Of a stretch of 64,000 nt of DNA, positions 24,022 through 35,663 are shown in pieces. The DNA is from Psilocybe cubensis (taxonomy: Eukaryota). A model generated the notes under the pieces. The model ran no database searches. It worked only from the letters and a program-made list of their open reading frames with translations, and was not told the DNA's origin. Numbering within the stretch: the stretch's first letter is position 1; the number at the start of each line of letters is the position of its first letter. The stretch spans positions 2,294,001 to 2,358,000 of the forward strand of contig CM038999.1 of the NCBI GenBank assembly GCA_017499595.2, read 5' to 3'. Both the position numbers and the translations under genes were made by a program.

Positions 24022-26145
24022 ATGGAAAAGCAGGCCGGGGACAAGTATCTGCGCCACATCGCTGCATTTATCCGTGCCAATGAAAGGGGGCTGGCCGAGT
24101 CTGGTCTCGTTCGCAGGAAACCTCAGCCCACAGAGTCCTCCAGCTATCTTGCTCCTTGGGGTCTCCAATGGCTTTCTCCCACAGCCACCCAGAAACCCAT
24201 GGTCTTCTCCATAGACACCCACCATCTTTTCTACATTCTGGTCCAGTTACAGGCGTTGGGCTTCGACATCGGATCACTGGATGTCCGCGTTGAGTCGCCC
24301 TCTCGTCCAATGAGCTATGCCAACATCTATACAGACCAGAAAGACGCCGACACGTTGTCTCTGGCCTCCATACGGTCCTCCTTCTCAGCTGTGTCGAAAC
24401 TCTCTCTAGGAGGAGGCTGGTGGACGGCTCCTGAACCTCCTAACACCGATACCGAATTGAAGTTTATTTATAGCAGCTTCACCAAACTTCCCTCGTTGGC
24501 TATCCGTGCTCCGGGAAACAAAGTAATTGCAGAGCTTTTGAGTGACCCACCTAATCAGAATGCGATCCCGTTGGATGTATTCAAGAATCTTCAACGGTTA
24601 GAGTGCGAGAACATTGATCCTCGCACTTTGCTCGGATGGGATCGCCTCGCGGAATCTCTAAGGAGTCTTAAGATCAAGAAAAGTGGCCTGGAGGATATAT
24701 CTCAAATTCTCGTTGGCGCTGTTATATACGATGAAGCCCGGAGAGGGGGCATTTCCCTTCGAGAGCATCAACTCAACACTCATCCGACCACAACTCAACG
24801 TCCTGTTTTGACTCCCAGTCAGATATCCGACGATGAGCATGATACGGGAGGTGATCGTCCACAAGCTAGCAACGCGCTTCACACTTCCTCAGCCTTGGTC
24901 GAAGAACTTTCCCCTCTGAAATGGACATTTCTTAAGCACCTCTATTTACCCGATAATTCCCTAACCTCCTTCCCTACTTCAGTGCTTCGCTATCTGACAT
25001 CGTTGACACATCTTGATCTCTCTTCGAATCTCCTTGTATCAATACCTTCTGGCTTTGCAGAGTTGTACAACCTCCGAAGTTTGAACCTTTCTGATAATCT
25101 AATCGACTCAGTTTTGGGCATCTATCTCAATCTGGGACAAATTCTTTCACTTGTTCTGTCGCATAACCGTCTAGAGTCGCTCTGTGGATTGGAACGCCTC
25201 TTGGCCCTCGAACGAATTGATTTGCGACATAACCTGATCGAAGAGAGCTCAGAAATTGGGAGACTGGCCTCTCTTCCTAACCTAACCGACATATGGATTG
25301 AAGGAAACCCATTAGTTGAAATTGAGGATGGATATCGGGTGGCCTGCTTCGATTATTTCTTAAAAGAAGGCAAAGAAATTACGCTCGATGGTACACGACC
25401 GAGCATCTACGAAAAACGGAGCCTCAATCCACCAACACCCACACCAGCGCCTATTCCAAATTTGGCCTCCTCTGCTCCTATCATAGCGATAGAACATACA
25501 CGTGTGCCCACGCCGACACAATCGCCGCCGAACGACAGTGCATCGTCGTCCTCACCCGTCCCTCCCCAGCTGAAATCACGTTCCGTGCTCGCACCTCAAG
25601 TGCACCCGTCAGCACCCAGCGGGTCTGGTCACCGTCGAAAAAAGCTAAAGCGTATCGTTGAATTAGACGGCAGCGAGCACAGCTCACACATACAATCTTA
25701 TTCCCACTCACGGTTAGGGTCCATGGACATTATTCGAGAACACGGCCCTGCCACAAACATACATGATACCCCTGCCACCCAATCACAGGAAATTTCACCA
25801 GAACCTGATCTGCCTTTGCGGCGGCCTCGCCACAGTCGCCATCAAAGCGAATTCACGCAGTCGTCGTTTCCTATGTTATCATCGTCAGACACATCACAAA
25901 ATGGAGAGGAGCAACCCAGCTTGCGCAACAAACCAGTCACGGTGCGGCATGGCTCGGTGTCAACCATCACAGCATCACGGTCCGAACGAAGGCGGGCACG
26001 GATGAGCACATCCTTTTTTGAGCCAGCGCCTGCGGACGCCAGGCTGTCTGGAGACGACAGTATCGACGCGTACCGGCAGAAGATTGAATCGCTGAAGCAG
26101 GATATGGGAGAGAGCTGGCTCAAGGTGTACAATCAAAGTAGTTAG
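24022..26145 (+). CDS. Leucine-rich repeat protein (intronless)
   Basis: LxxLxLxxNxL repeats: LKHLYLPDNSL, LTHLDLSSNLL, LRSLNLSDNLI, LERIDLRHNLI. An LRR cap (GNPL..YR) is followed by a disordered C-terminus. Confidence 0.88.
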   Translation: MEKQAGDKYLRHIAAFIRANERGLAESGLVRRKPQPTESSSYLAPWGLQWLSPTATQKPMVFSIDTHHLFYILVQLQALGFDIGSLDVRVESPSRPMSYANIYTDQKDADTLSLASIRSSFSAVSKLSLGGGWWTAPEPPNTDTELKFIYSSFTKLPSLAIRAPGNKVIAELLSDPPNQNAIPLDVFKNLQRLECENIDPRTLLGWDRLAESLRSLKIKKSGLEDISQILVGAVIYDEARRGGISLREHQLNTHPTTTQRPVLTPSQISDDEHDTGGDRPQASNALHTSSALVEELSPLKWTFLKHLYLPDNSLTSFPTSVLRYLTSLTHLDLSSNLLVSIPSGFAELYNLRSLNLSDNLIDSVLGIYLNLGQILSLVLSHNRLESLCGLERLLALERIDLRHNLIEESSEIGRLASLPNLTDIWIEGNPLVEIEDGYRVACFDYFLKEGKEITLDGTRPSIYEKRSLNPPTPTPAPIPNLASSAPIIAIEHTRVPTPTQSPPNDSASSSSPVPPQLKSRSVLAPQVHPSAPSGSGHRRKKLKRIVELDGSEHSSHIQSYSHSRLGSMDIIREHGPATNIHDTPATQSQEISPEPDLPLRRPRHSRHQSEFTQSSFPMLSSSDTSQNGEEQPSLRNKPVTVRHGSVSTITASRSERRRARMSTSFFEPAPADARLSGDDSIDAYRQKIESLKQDMGESWLKVYNQSS

Positions 26146-26304
26146 GATATGGTCACGTGATGTAACGTTTGTTAATACATATGTTGGAGTGGTTTGATTT
26201 CAACGCTTCTTGTCTTTTCGTTTCGGCTTGTTTTCGTCAATTCCAAAGTCCTCTTCGTGGGCAACGTCTTTCTTTACCTCCAGCGCAAAAATATCATCAC
26301 AGAA

Positions 26305-27134
<830 letters not shown>

Positions 27135-27767
27135 AGACCGTCCCCTTCCTCCGCCACACCGCCCACCCATTTGTGCACATGCTGGAATCACCATGACCAC
27201 GTTGGCAACGTATCAGAAACTCGTTCTATACCAACTTTAATCACCCCCAATACCCCTATTTACCCTTCTGTTTCGTTCTACTCATGATCATGGCCGCGCA
27301 CGACCCCACTCCGCAATTTACAGCACACTACACGGTATCTGTCACGCAACCCACGTTTTCATTCGTCTTTTTTCTGAGCCACCCAAGTTCATCTTATTTT
27401 CTTTTGGACGGATTTGTCAAGTGCTTGTATTATTCTTTGTTTCCTCATAATAAAGTAGTGAAAGTGAATGCGGAATTACTTTGGGCGCTGAACTATGAAA
27501 TGTTGTTTATGTAAGCATTTCCTCACCTTGATTAAGCCTGGACTTTCAAGTTCAGCCATATCTTGAGCGCGCCGCCAGTGGCATGGATAACGACCACGAC
27601 CACTGCTGGGCCGAATACATGCCTTCTCCGACAAATTGAGCAACAATATTCCACCAATTTGCATCGTTATGTAAGCCCTGGCATGTCAACATAGTCCGAT
27701 GTCGTGATTATTCGCAGTTTCTTCGATTCGCATGTTCATTGTGTCTTGTTCTTCTCAACCATTAACC

Positions 27768-29110
27768 ATGTTCTCAGCACTGCGAACAGTTTCACGGAGC
27801 AGAGGCTTTGCTTCTCACTCGTCTGTCCAAGGTTTCAATGGAGCAGTCGGCAATACACCACTCGTAAGTGAGCCTTACCTGGATGTTATCTCCATATTAA
27901 CTGGCTTTCCCAGATTTATTTGAAAAGACTTTCAGAAAAGACTGGTTCCAAAATCTACGGCAAAGCTGAATTCCAGAATCCCGGAGGAAGCGTAAAGGAT
28001 AGAGCTGCTCTAGGCCTTGTTCACAACGCAGAGGCAAAGGGACTGTAGGCCGATATTTGTTGGTGTGAAGAGATATCAGATTTACTTATTAATTTCTTGC
28101 TCTATCAGCATCAAACCCGGAGGAACCGTCGTCGAAGGCACTGCAGGCAACACTGGTATAGGTCTTGCCCACGTTTGCAGAGCAAAGGGTTATAAATGTG
28201 TCATTTACATGCCAAATACCCAGGTACGGCCCCAAATCATTATGATAAATTGATTTACATTGTACTCGATTTTTAGAGTCAAGAGAAAATTGATCTTCTT
28301 CGCATGCTTGGAGCAGATGTTCGTCCTGTACCCGCTGTAGCCTTCGAGAACCCTCTCAATTACAACCACCAAGCACGCGAGTATGCAGAGAGCCTCGACA
28401 ATGCCATCTGGACAAACCAGTTTGACAACGTCGCGAATGCAGAAGCTCACTACAATTCAACCGGTCCAGAGATCTGGGAACAGACTCAAGGGAAAATTGA
28501 TGGTTTCATTTGCTCTACAGGAACTGGCGGTACATTGGCTGGTATTGGTAGATACCTGAAAGAGAAGAGTGGAGGCAAAACGCAAATCTGGTTGGCCGAT
28601 CCCCCTGGCAGCGTCCTGACGAGCTATATTGAAAGCGGCGGAAAGTTGGTAGAAAGAACAGGAAGCTCAATTACCGAAGGTATTCCGCACTGCCCTCGTC
28701 GTTGATACTGTGATTCACCAATAATCAGGCATCGGCCAGGGCCGCGTTACTGACAACCTCGGGACATTTGTGAAAGAGTTATCAGGCGCTTTCACAGTTC
28801 CAGACACCAAGTCTATTAGTATGCTTTACGAACTTTTGGACACTGAAGGCCTGTATCTCGGTGCCAGTTCTGCTTTGAATGTTGTCGCCGCAGTAGAGCT
28901 GGCAGAGCGACTAGGAAAAGGTACGATAAATGATTCTGTTCGCAGCATTCACATTTTTATGTCGCCTTTCCAGGGTCTACTGTCGTCACTATTCTGTGTG
29001 ATGGCGCTTACCGTTACCAAAGCCGACTGTTCTCAAGAAAATGGCTAGAAAGTAAAGGATTAGAAGATGCTATTCCTGAACATCTGAAAAAGTACATTGT
29101 ACTGGAATAA
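27768..29110 (+). CDS. Cysteine synthase (O-acetylserine sulfhydrylase, PLP), likely mitochondrial presequence
   Basis: [60 protein letters not shown]. The N-terminus [12 protein letters not shown] is Arg/Ser-rich. Confidence 0.94.
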
Positions 29111-29162
29111 ATCTATAGTATTGCGAAGTGAGATGTATGTTATTAAATTTTCAATAGTACTG

Positions 29163-31275
29163 CTACTGCACATTGTCTAATGTGGCAGGATTCCCTGTAG
29201 TCCTCAGTGGCAGAACAATAAGTGGACACTGGCTGCCTTCTCTGAACTTTCCGGATACGTAAGGTCGCGTCAAAACACTGTTCAGACCTTCATAAGAATT
29301 TCTGTGAACATTGTGAAAGTGGGCGTACACGTTGGCTTTCATTATCTTGTCCGGTGTTGTTTCAAACTTGAAATTTGTTAGCAATATATAAAGGAAGGTC
29401 TTAATTTCAATCATGGAGAACCTAAGCCCGATGCAGGACTTGTATAACAAGTAAGAGGTGCTGCATTTTTAACGAAAAAGAATAACCTACCCGAGGTCCT
29501 GCTGAGAAGGTAAGTGTGTTTGAAAAGAGGCCAGGAAGATTACTGGCAGATTCTGGAAGATGATCCCATCGATCAGGTCTGAATGAAATAATGGAATGAG
29601 TCTCATAATATGTGGTCGAACGAAGCTACTCACACAAACTCCCAGGCATCTTCACCCCAAAATTCTTTGTCGAGGTTGAAGCCTTCTACGGCAACATGAA
29701 CAAAACTGCCTTTAGGCACAGTAATTGTTGACTTTGGGAGGATCTCGCCATTACTACCTCGAACGGGGGTTGATACCGGAACCTCGTCATCTTGCATTGC
29801 AACTCGAATAGAGGAGTGGACAGGTGGAATCAAGCGAATTGATTCACGGATTACATTGTCGAGGAATGGAAGGTTGGATACAATTTCATAGAGCGACTGA
29901 ATTTCGTCTTCAGTCAAGTTTGCAAGTGTTTCCGACGTCGTCGGTGCTACCGATTGTAGCTCGTCGCGAAGACGTTCCTGAACTGTGTGGTGCTGGGCAA
30001 GCAACAAGAGTGTCCAAGTAAGGCTGAGAGATGAAGTGTCCGAGCCGGCAAACATAAAGGTATTGATATTATGCAGTATATCAGTGTCCGAGATACGTTG
30101 ATCCGGTGGGAGGTCAGTTGCCATATTGGACTTGACTGGGCAAGGAATTCAAAAAAATCATGATAGAAGGTAAGTGAACAGACTCACGCAAGAGGCTTAG
30201 TAGATCTCGACCAGCGTAAGGGACACCATCTTGGAGCCCCTGGACAATTTTAGCCTTTTTCGCTTGAATAAGATGGCCAGCAACACGACGAATGGTGTCC
30301 TGACTCCGTTGAACCACGCGAACAGTCGAATCTGGCTGAAAAGAAAAGATAAGTACGTGGAGCCTAAAAGCTAACCTGAACGCACAAAAAGGGAACTCAA
30401 AAATGGCGCATATATAGAAAATATTGTCCGAAAAGGATTGCCTTGCGAGACAGCAACTTCGAACATTTCCTTGTACGCCGAGAAAAGCTCATTGGACTCA
30501 TTCTCGATGGCATTGAAATCGTAGTCAAATCCTGCAGGAAGCACAAATAAATATATAGTCAGAATTATTTGCAACTAAACTTGCCTGCATGACCAATAAC
30601 ATCGAAGGTTGCCCTGCTTATCCAATGGCACACATCAATAATGAGGCGCTCCGGCGTACTCTCCGCCATCTGTAACCATTTGTCATTCAGTGCCCTGCCT
30701 TTACTGAATACGACGGGAACCAAAGCACGCATGTTCTGGACAGAGAAAGCTGGTGTAGCAACGCGCCGCTGACGCTTATGGGTGTGTCCCTCTGCAGCCA
30801 ACATACCGCACCCAATCAAGCTGGTGATCAGGCGGCGTGATTGCCAGGGTTTCTCATATATAGTTGAGTTTTTAAGAACATGGGCCACCGAAACAGGATC
30901 GAGGGTAAGCAGTCGAACGTCCCACTGAAACAGTTGTGTTTAAAAAATTAACAGCAACATAGAAAAGCGACCCACAGGACCAAGGCCTTGTATCCGTATT
31001 GACCGTCCGTATTTGTTGACATAAAGTTTGTGTACTTGAGGAGATATAGATGGACTATAAAGGTCATTAGAGTGAGAGACTGTGGTTTTTGTAGGAAAAA
31101 AAAACTAGATCTACTCTGAAACGGGATACAAATGGTTTTGGAACCAACCACGAATTGGCGGCCCTGCTAGAGATCGCAACGGGTTCAACCTAGGAGAAAT
31201 GACCACTTGATAGAAGGCATAGGTAACGGGTATTATGACAGCTGCAGAGAGTATCTCAAGGTATAGGCGGTCCAT
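29163..31275 (-). CDS. Cytochrome P450 monooxygenase; multi-exon
   Basis: I-helix FAGSDTS, K-helix ESIRL, PDRW, and heme motif FSAGPR|SCIG split by an intron. N-terminal TM anchor. Confidence 0.94.
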
Positions 31276-31505
31276 AAAGAAGGGAAATAAAGATATGTGC
31301 TCTGGTTCTCCATTGTGTTCAACTTATTGTCTATAAGTAGCACACTGAATGTTCAATAGCAAAGGCCCAGTCGCATTCTCGGCCAAATCGGGTTAAAACT
31401 TTAGGTCACGTGTTTCATTTATTACAGTCATATACAGCGTAAAATGTTACAGAGAACACAAAGAAAATACAATCGTACATAATATGATACACTGGTATAC
31501 GCAAA

Positions 31506-34293
31506 TCAAGGTGTAAGAGATTCAGGAGACAGGTCGCCGTCCATGTTTTGTCCAAAAGCCGCCCGAATAGATTTCAGTTCTCCTTCTAGCCTCCCGTGCT
31601 CCCTTGTCAGCTTGGATAGTTCTTCCAAGTCATCCCCGTCAGAGTCTGTAACGAACCCTGACGCTGCCAGGTCTTCGTGGCTCAGCAGCTTATTGATCTT
31701 CCCTCTGAACATCGCCAGACGGTGGTATGTTCCGAGGTATTCGATATAACATTTATCATACTGCGCGCGGAGGCTGGCATGATCTTTGGGAAGAGGACGC
31801 CCTGCAGAGGCATTGTTGCTCCCACGCGCATGGGACAACGCAGTCGCGCTCGCTGCAGACAATTTGGAGTTATTAGTGGTTGAACGAGACGGCTCTTCTT
31901 CCTCTTCGGAAGAAGTGTATACGGGGGAAGGACGACGTTGTTTCGGTGCTTTATTTGCATGCGAGGTTCTTTCCGTTGCGTGTGACGTCTGCGTCCTCGA
32001 AGACACACTAGATTCAGAGGGCATCCTTTCACGCATGGTCGATGCTGCTTGTCGTTTAGCGGGAGGAGGAGGAGGGGATTCATTCTTTCTCTTGGGAGGC
32101 TTCATCGATGTCGACTGAGTGTTAGGTTTCCTGGGAATAGACCGCTCAGGGGGTGGTGGTTCGGCATTAGATCTCTTGACTGAAGAAACATCTCTGCCTC
32201 TGTCCTCTCTGACTCTGTCGTCCCTACCTCTGTCGTCTCTGCCCCTATCGTCCCTAATTCTGTCGTCTCTGCGCCTATCATCTCTTTCTCTATCTTCCCT
32301 GCTCAAGGAAACTGAAGGCGATGGTTGACGTTCAGACTTGCGCCGTTTCTGGGGTGGGTCATAAAGGTCATCATCCGGTTTCGCTGCAATTTTCCGCTTC
32401 ACCGAGCGAGATTCATCGCGTACACTTTCGCTGTCTCTCTCTCTGTCCCTTTGTCTCTCTCTCTCTCTAGCGTCATTCACCTTTATTCTTTCATTCTGCA
32501 AAGGACGTTTCTCTCTCTCTGGAGAGAATGTACGATCGTCGTCACGGTACGCCTTCCTAGATTTTGATGCCGAGTTCGTAGTATCTGGAACTGGTGTGAC
32601 CCTGTTATTTGAGCTAGTTGTCGATGACACTCTCTCCATGTTACGCGAGGGGCCAGCAGCCGGTTTGACCTTGGGTGGCGCAGCTCTCGGCGGATCCCTG
32701 TCTCTTTCCTTGTCAATTTGCGATGAAGTCGAAGGCCTAGGTATCGTTTTGGAAGGGTTTGCCACCTCGCCCTTTCTGGGTGGAGGATCTGGACGAGGAG
32801 ATTCTGCCATTCTGCGGGCAGGTTTCTCGGGAAGTTGAGCAGAGCGAGACGACCCATCGGGATGAGGTGACTCTGCCGTTCTTCGCAAGGGTTTATCAGC
32901 CTGTGATACCGACCTAGAAGAAGGTTCCGGACGAGGAGATTCAGCCGGCTTGCGGATTGGCTTCTCCACTTTCTGTTGAGTCGTTCGGACAATGGGATCT
33001 GGACGAGGAGATTCGGCTGTCCGACGAATTGGCTTCTCAGCCGACTGCGTCGCCCGCGAGGGTACGCTGGAACTTTCATCTTTGGCTATGATATCACCCT
33101 TAAGATCGGCTTTAGGTTTCGTAGCCCTTTCTTTCGCTGCTTTTGATGTAATACCTCGCTTGACTGGCTCTTGCCCCTTCTTATCTTCTGGTTTGGAGGT
33201 GGAGGAGACACGGGACGCGTCCGAAGATGTTGGGGCAGTATGTCTGTACACGACATGTTGCCATACCGGATCGCTTTCCGAGATGCGCAGGTCCCGATAC
33301 ACATTCCTTGCAGTACGGGCGATTTTGAGCTGCTCCTGCTCACTGAATATTCCCCATTCATAAGGGCGAACCTCTTTCCATGTCTCCGGTTTCAGACGAT
33401 ACGACCGCGGGGCGCCATTTCCAGTCTTGTTCGCCGTGGGTTCAGCAATCTATAAGAAAAGGTAAGAAAATATCGGCATCGATATAAGTACTCTGAAAGG
33501 GTTACCGACCTGACTCAAAAGATCATGCAGCTGGCGTGGAGGGGTCGAGGTGCGATCGGATTCACCAAGCAACTGGAACAACCGGGATTCCGTAGCTTCG
33601 CCGTACAGAGCAAGGTGCTGGACGATGCGCAAGCGTGCGGGACTGGAAAGGCTTTTCGGGGTGGATGTTGATGCAGCAGGCTTGTTAACGGAGGATGACA
33701 TCGACGACGAAGAGGACGCAGCGACGGGAGCAGCCTTGATAGGCGCAGAAGGACGGGTAGATTTGTGAAACATGTTGCTCGGTGGATCCTTCCTCTTCTT
33801 CGTCGAGGGCACATCGGGCGGGGTGTCGAGGAACACTGTTGTTCTGGTATTTCGCTGAGCTGCAGCATCCTGGGTGCTCTCGCGGACTTTGTTGCGGACC
33901 TCATCTCCGAGTTCGCGTTCAACGGTAAGCTTGCCGACGACATTTGCATAGAGCTTCAAGGGAGCGGACTTTTTGGACGCGGAGGACGTTCGCAGAAAGA
34001 TCTCGTGGGTGTTTGTTTCCTTGAGGCGATTCATGGGAAACACGGTATCGCCAACATAGAGGGTCTGAAAAAAGAGGGTCAAAAGGCATGGAAAAGAGAG
34101 ACGGTGCGGACGAACGCACTGGGTTGTCACCGAGCTGGACGGATAACGAGGGCGTTGGGCCATTCGTCGAGAGGGCGTTAAGGGTCTCTATAGAGAGACG
34201 GACGAGCATGGCCTCCTTGGGCTTTGTCTGCACTGGATCCCCTGGACGCGAGTAGCCCAGGAGGGACAGCGTTGTGTTTGTCGGGAGGGGCAT
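31506..34293 (-). CDS. Low-complexity nuclear protein, possibly RNA polymerase II elongation factor ELL-like
   Basis: N-terminal MLVRLSIETLNAL and C-terminal helical SLRAQYDKCYIEYLGTYHRL...LEGELKSIR resemble ELL N-terminal and occludin/ELL domains. The middle is rich in S/P and R/D. The family call is inference. An alternative in-frame ATG lies at 34335. Confidence 0.55.
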
Positions 34294-34392
34294 GTTGTGG
34301 GGAAGAGACAAGAGACTGTCCGCTGTGCCCAACATCCAAGTAATGACTTTGACTTTGTTTTACGTAATCATCGGTGCCACTCGCTATTATTA

Positions 34393-35477
34393 TTATCGCC
34401 AATGCTCCTCTACATATTCTACAAACTTGCGTCCTATGTTTTCCGCCCCCCAATCCACCCCGCCCCGCTCTGTCGTCCCCAGTGTTATTGCCTTTTTGTG
34501 CACACTTACAAACTGTCTTTTCAGGCGCTGCAGCTCCGACAGTGTCATCGCCCGCGGTGGCAGATTTACCGTGAATTGCACCCCGTTTGCGAACACCATT
34601 GACGTCCCGCCCGTGGCCTGCGCGCTCGATGCAGACACAATAGCGGTTGCCAGGTTTGTTGTGACCTGCTCTAGCACGTGCAGTGCATCCACGGGCGCTT
34701 TGGCCGCCTACAAATAATTGAGCACACAGTCTGCATAAGATCCAATGTCATGCATACCGAGAGGGTCCCAGAGTTTGGCGGCTTGACGCTGCCTTTCGTG
34801 ATCGCGTCCCATATCTCGGCGCCCGGGATGTCTTTGTCGTCCCACAGCACAGTGAAAAGGGGCGCGTCCCACCGGACCATGGACGACGGTTCTTCAAATC
34901 GTGCAAACAGATTCTCCAGCCTGGATCAGAGTCAGTGGGAGAAGGCAGGGGAAAAGAAAAGAGACTTGCGTGGATGGAGCATAGCCTCTGTCGGCGTTCC
35001 ACTGACGGCACAGATCCTGATTCGCGACGACATATACCTAGGGGATGTTGGCGGACTGGAGAGAGAGAGAGAGCGGCAGACATGGGCGCACCGTGGAGGT
35101 CCGCAGCTTGAGCTCGCGAGCGGCGCAGTAGAGCTGGTAGCGGAAGCCCTTGATGTAGTTGAGCGAGTCTAGAATGAGGATGGTGTCCGTTGCGAGCATG
35201 CGCTGGACGGCGGCAAAGAGGGCGCCTCGGGCAGGCTTTTCTGCTTTGCTGTCTGCTGGGCTGATAAGTGGGTGTGGGTGTGGGAGAGATGGCAAGAGAC
35301 AACACCGTCATAGACATGGGGAGAAAGGGCAAGAGAGTGGTCTGAGACGACGAGGACCTTGGCAATGGGGCCGTTGTAGTCGTCGCTGTGTATGGCGGCG
35401 TCGAGAAAGGCGGCGAGCTGGGCGGCGCGGGTGGACTTTCCTGCGGCGGGGTAGCCTGCGATGGTAATGAGGGCCAT
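34393..35477 (-). CDS. KTI12: Elongator-associated P-loop protein Kti12
   Basis: MALITIAGYPAAGKSTRA, DSLNYIKGFRYQLYCAARE, RFEEPSSMVRWDAPLF, LQRLKRQF. Confidence 0.94.
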
Positions 35478-35663
35478 GAGCGGGGTGTGACAGTGTGACG
35501 GTTGATTAGTTACATGTAGTGCTTAGCTTAACCGTACCTAAACTATTAGAATCTCCATCTAACTTGTTCTCTACATTTCTTGTATTCTCTGGTGCTGCTA
35601 GTAGCAAGTCTCTGGCACAGACTCTTATTCACGGCTGGTTCCTTCGTCTCCAGAGCCCAAGAA

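Noticed and set aside
27768-31275. Cysteine synthase plus P450 as a secondary-metabolite cluster
   Set aside because: No backbone enzyme (PKS, NRPS, terpene synthase) or transporter nearby; flanking genes are housekeeping.
32190-33040. Regularly spaced repeats as a CRISPR-like array or RiPP precursor
   Set aside because: They are degenerate in-frame coding repeats inside a large nuclear-type protein. There is no signal peptide or regular KR-delimited core, and the context is eukaryotic.
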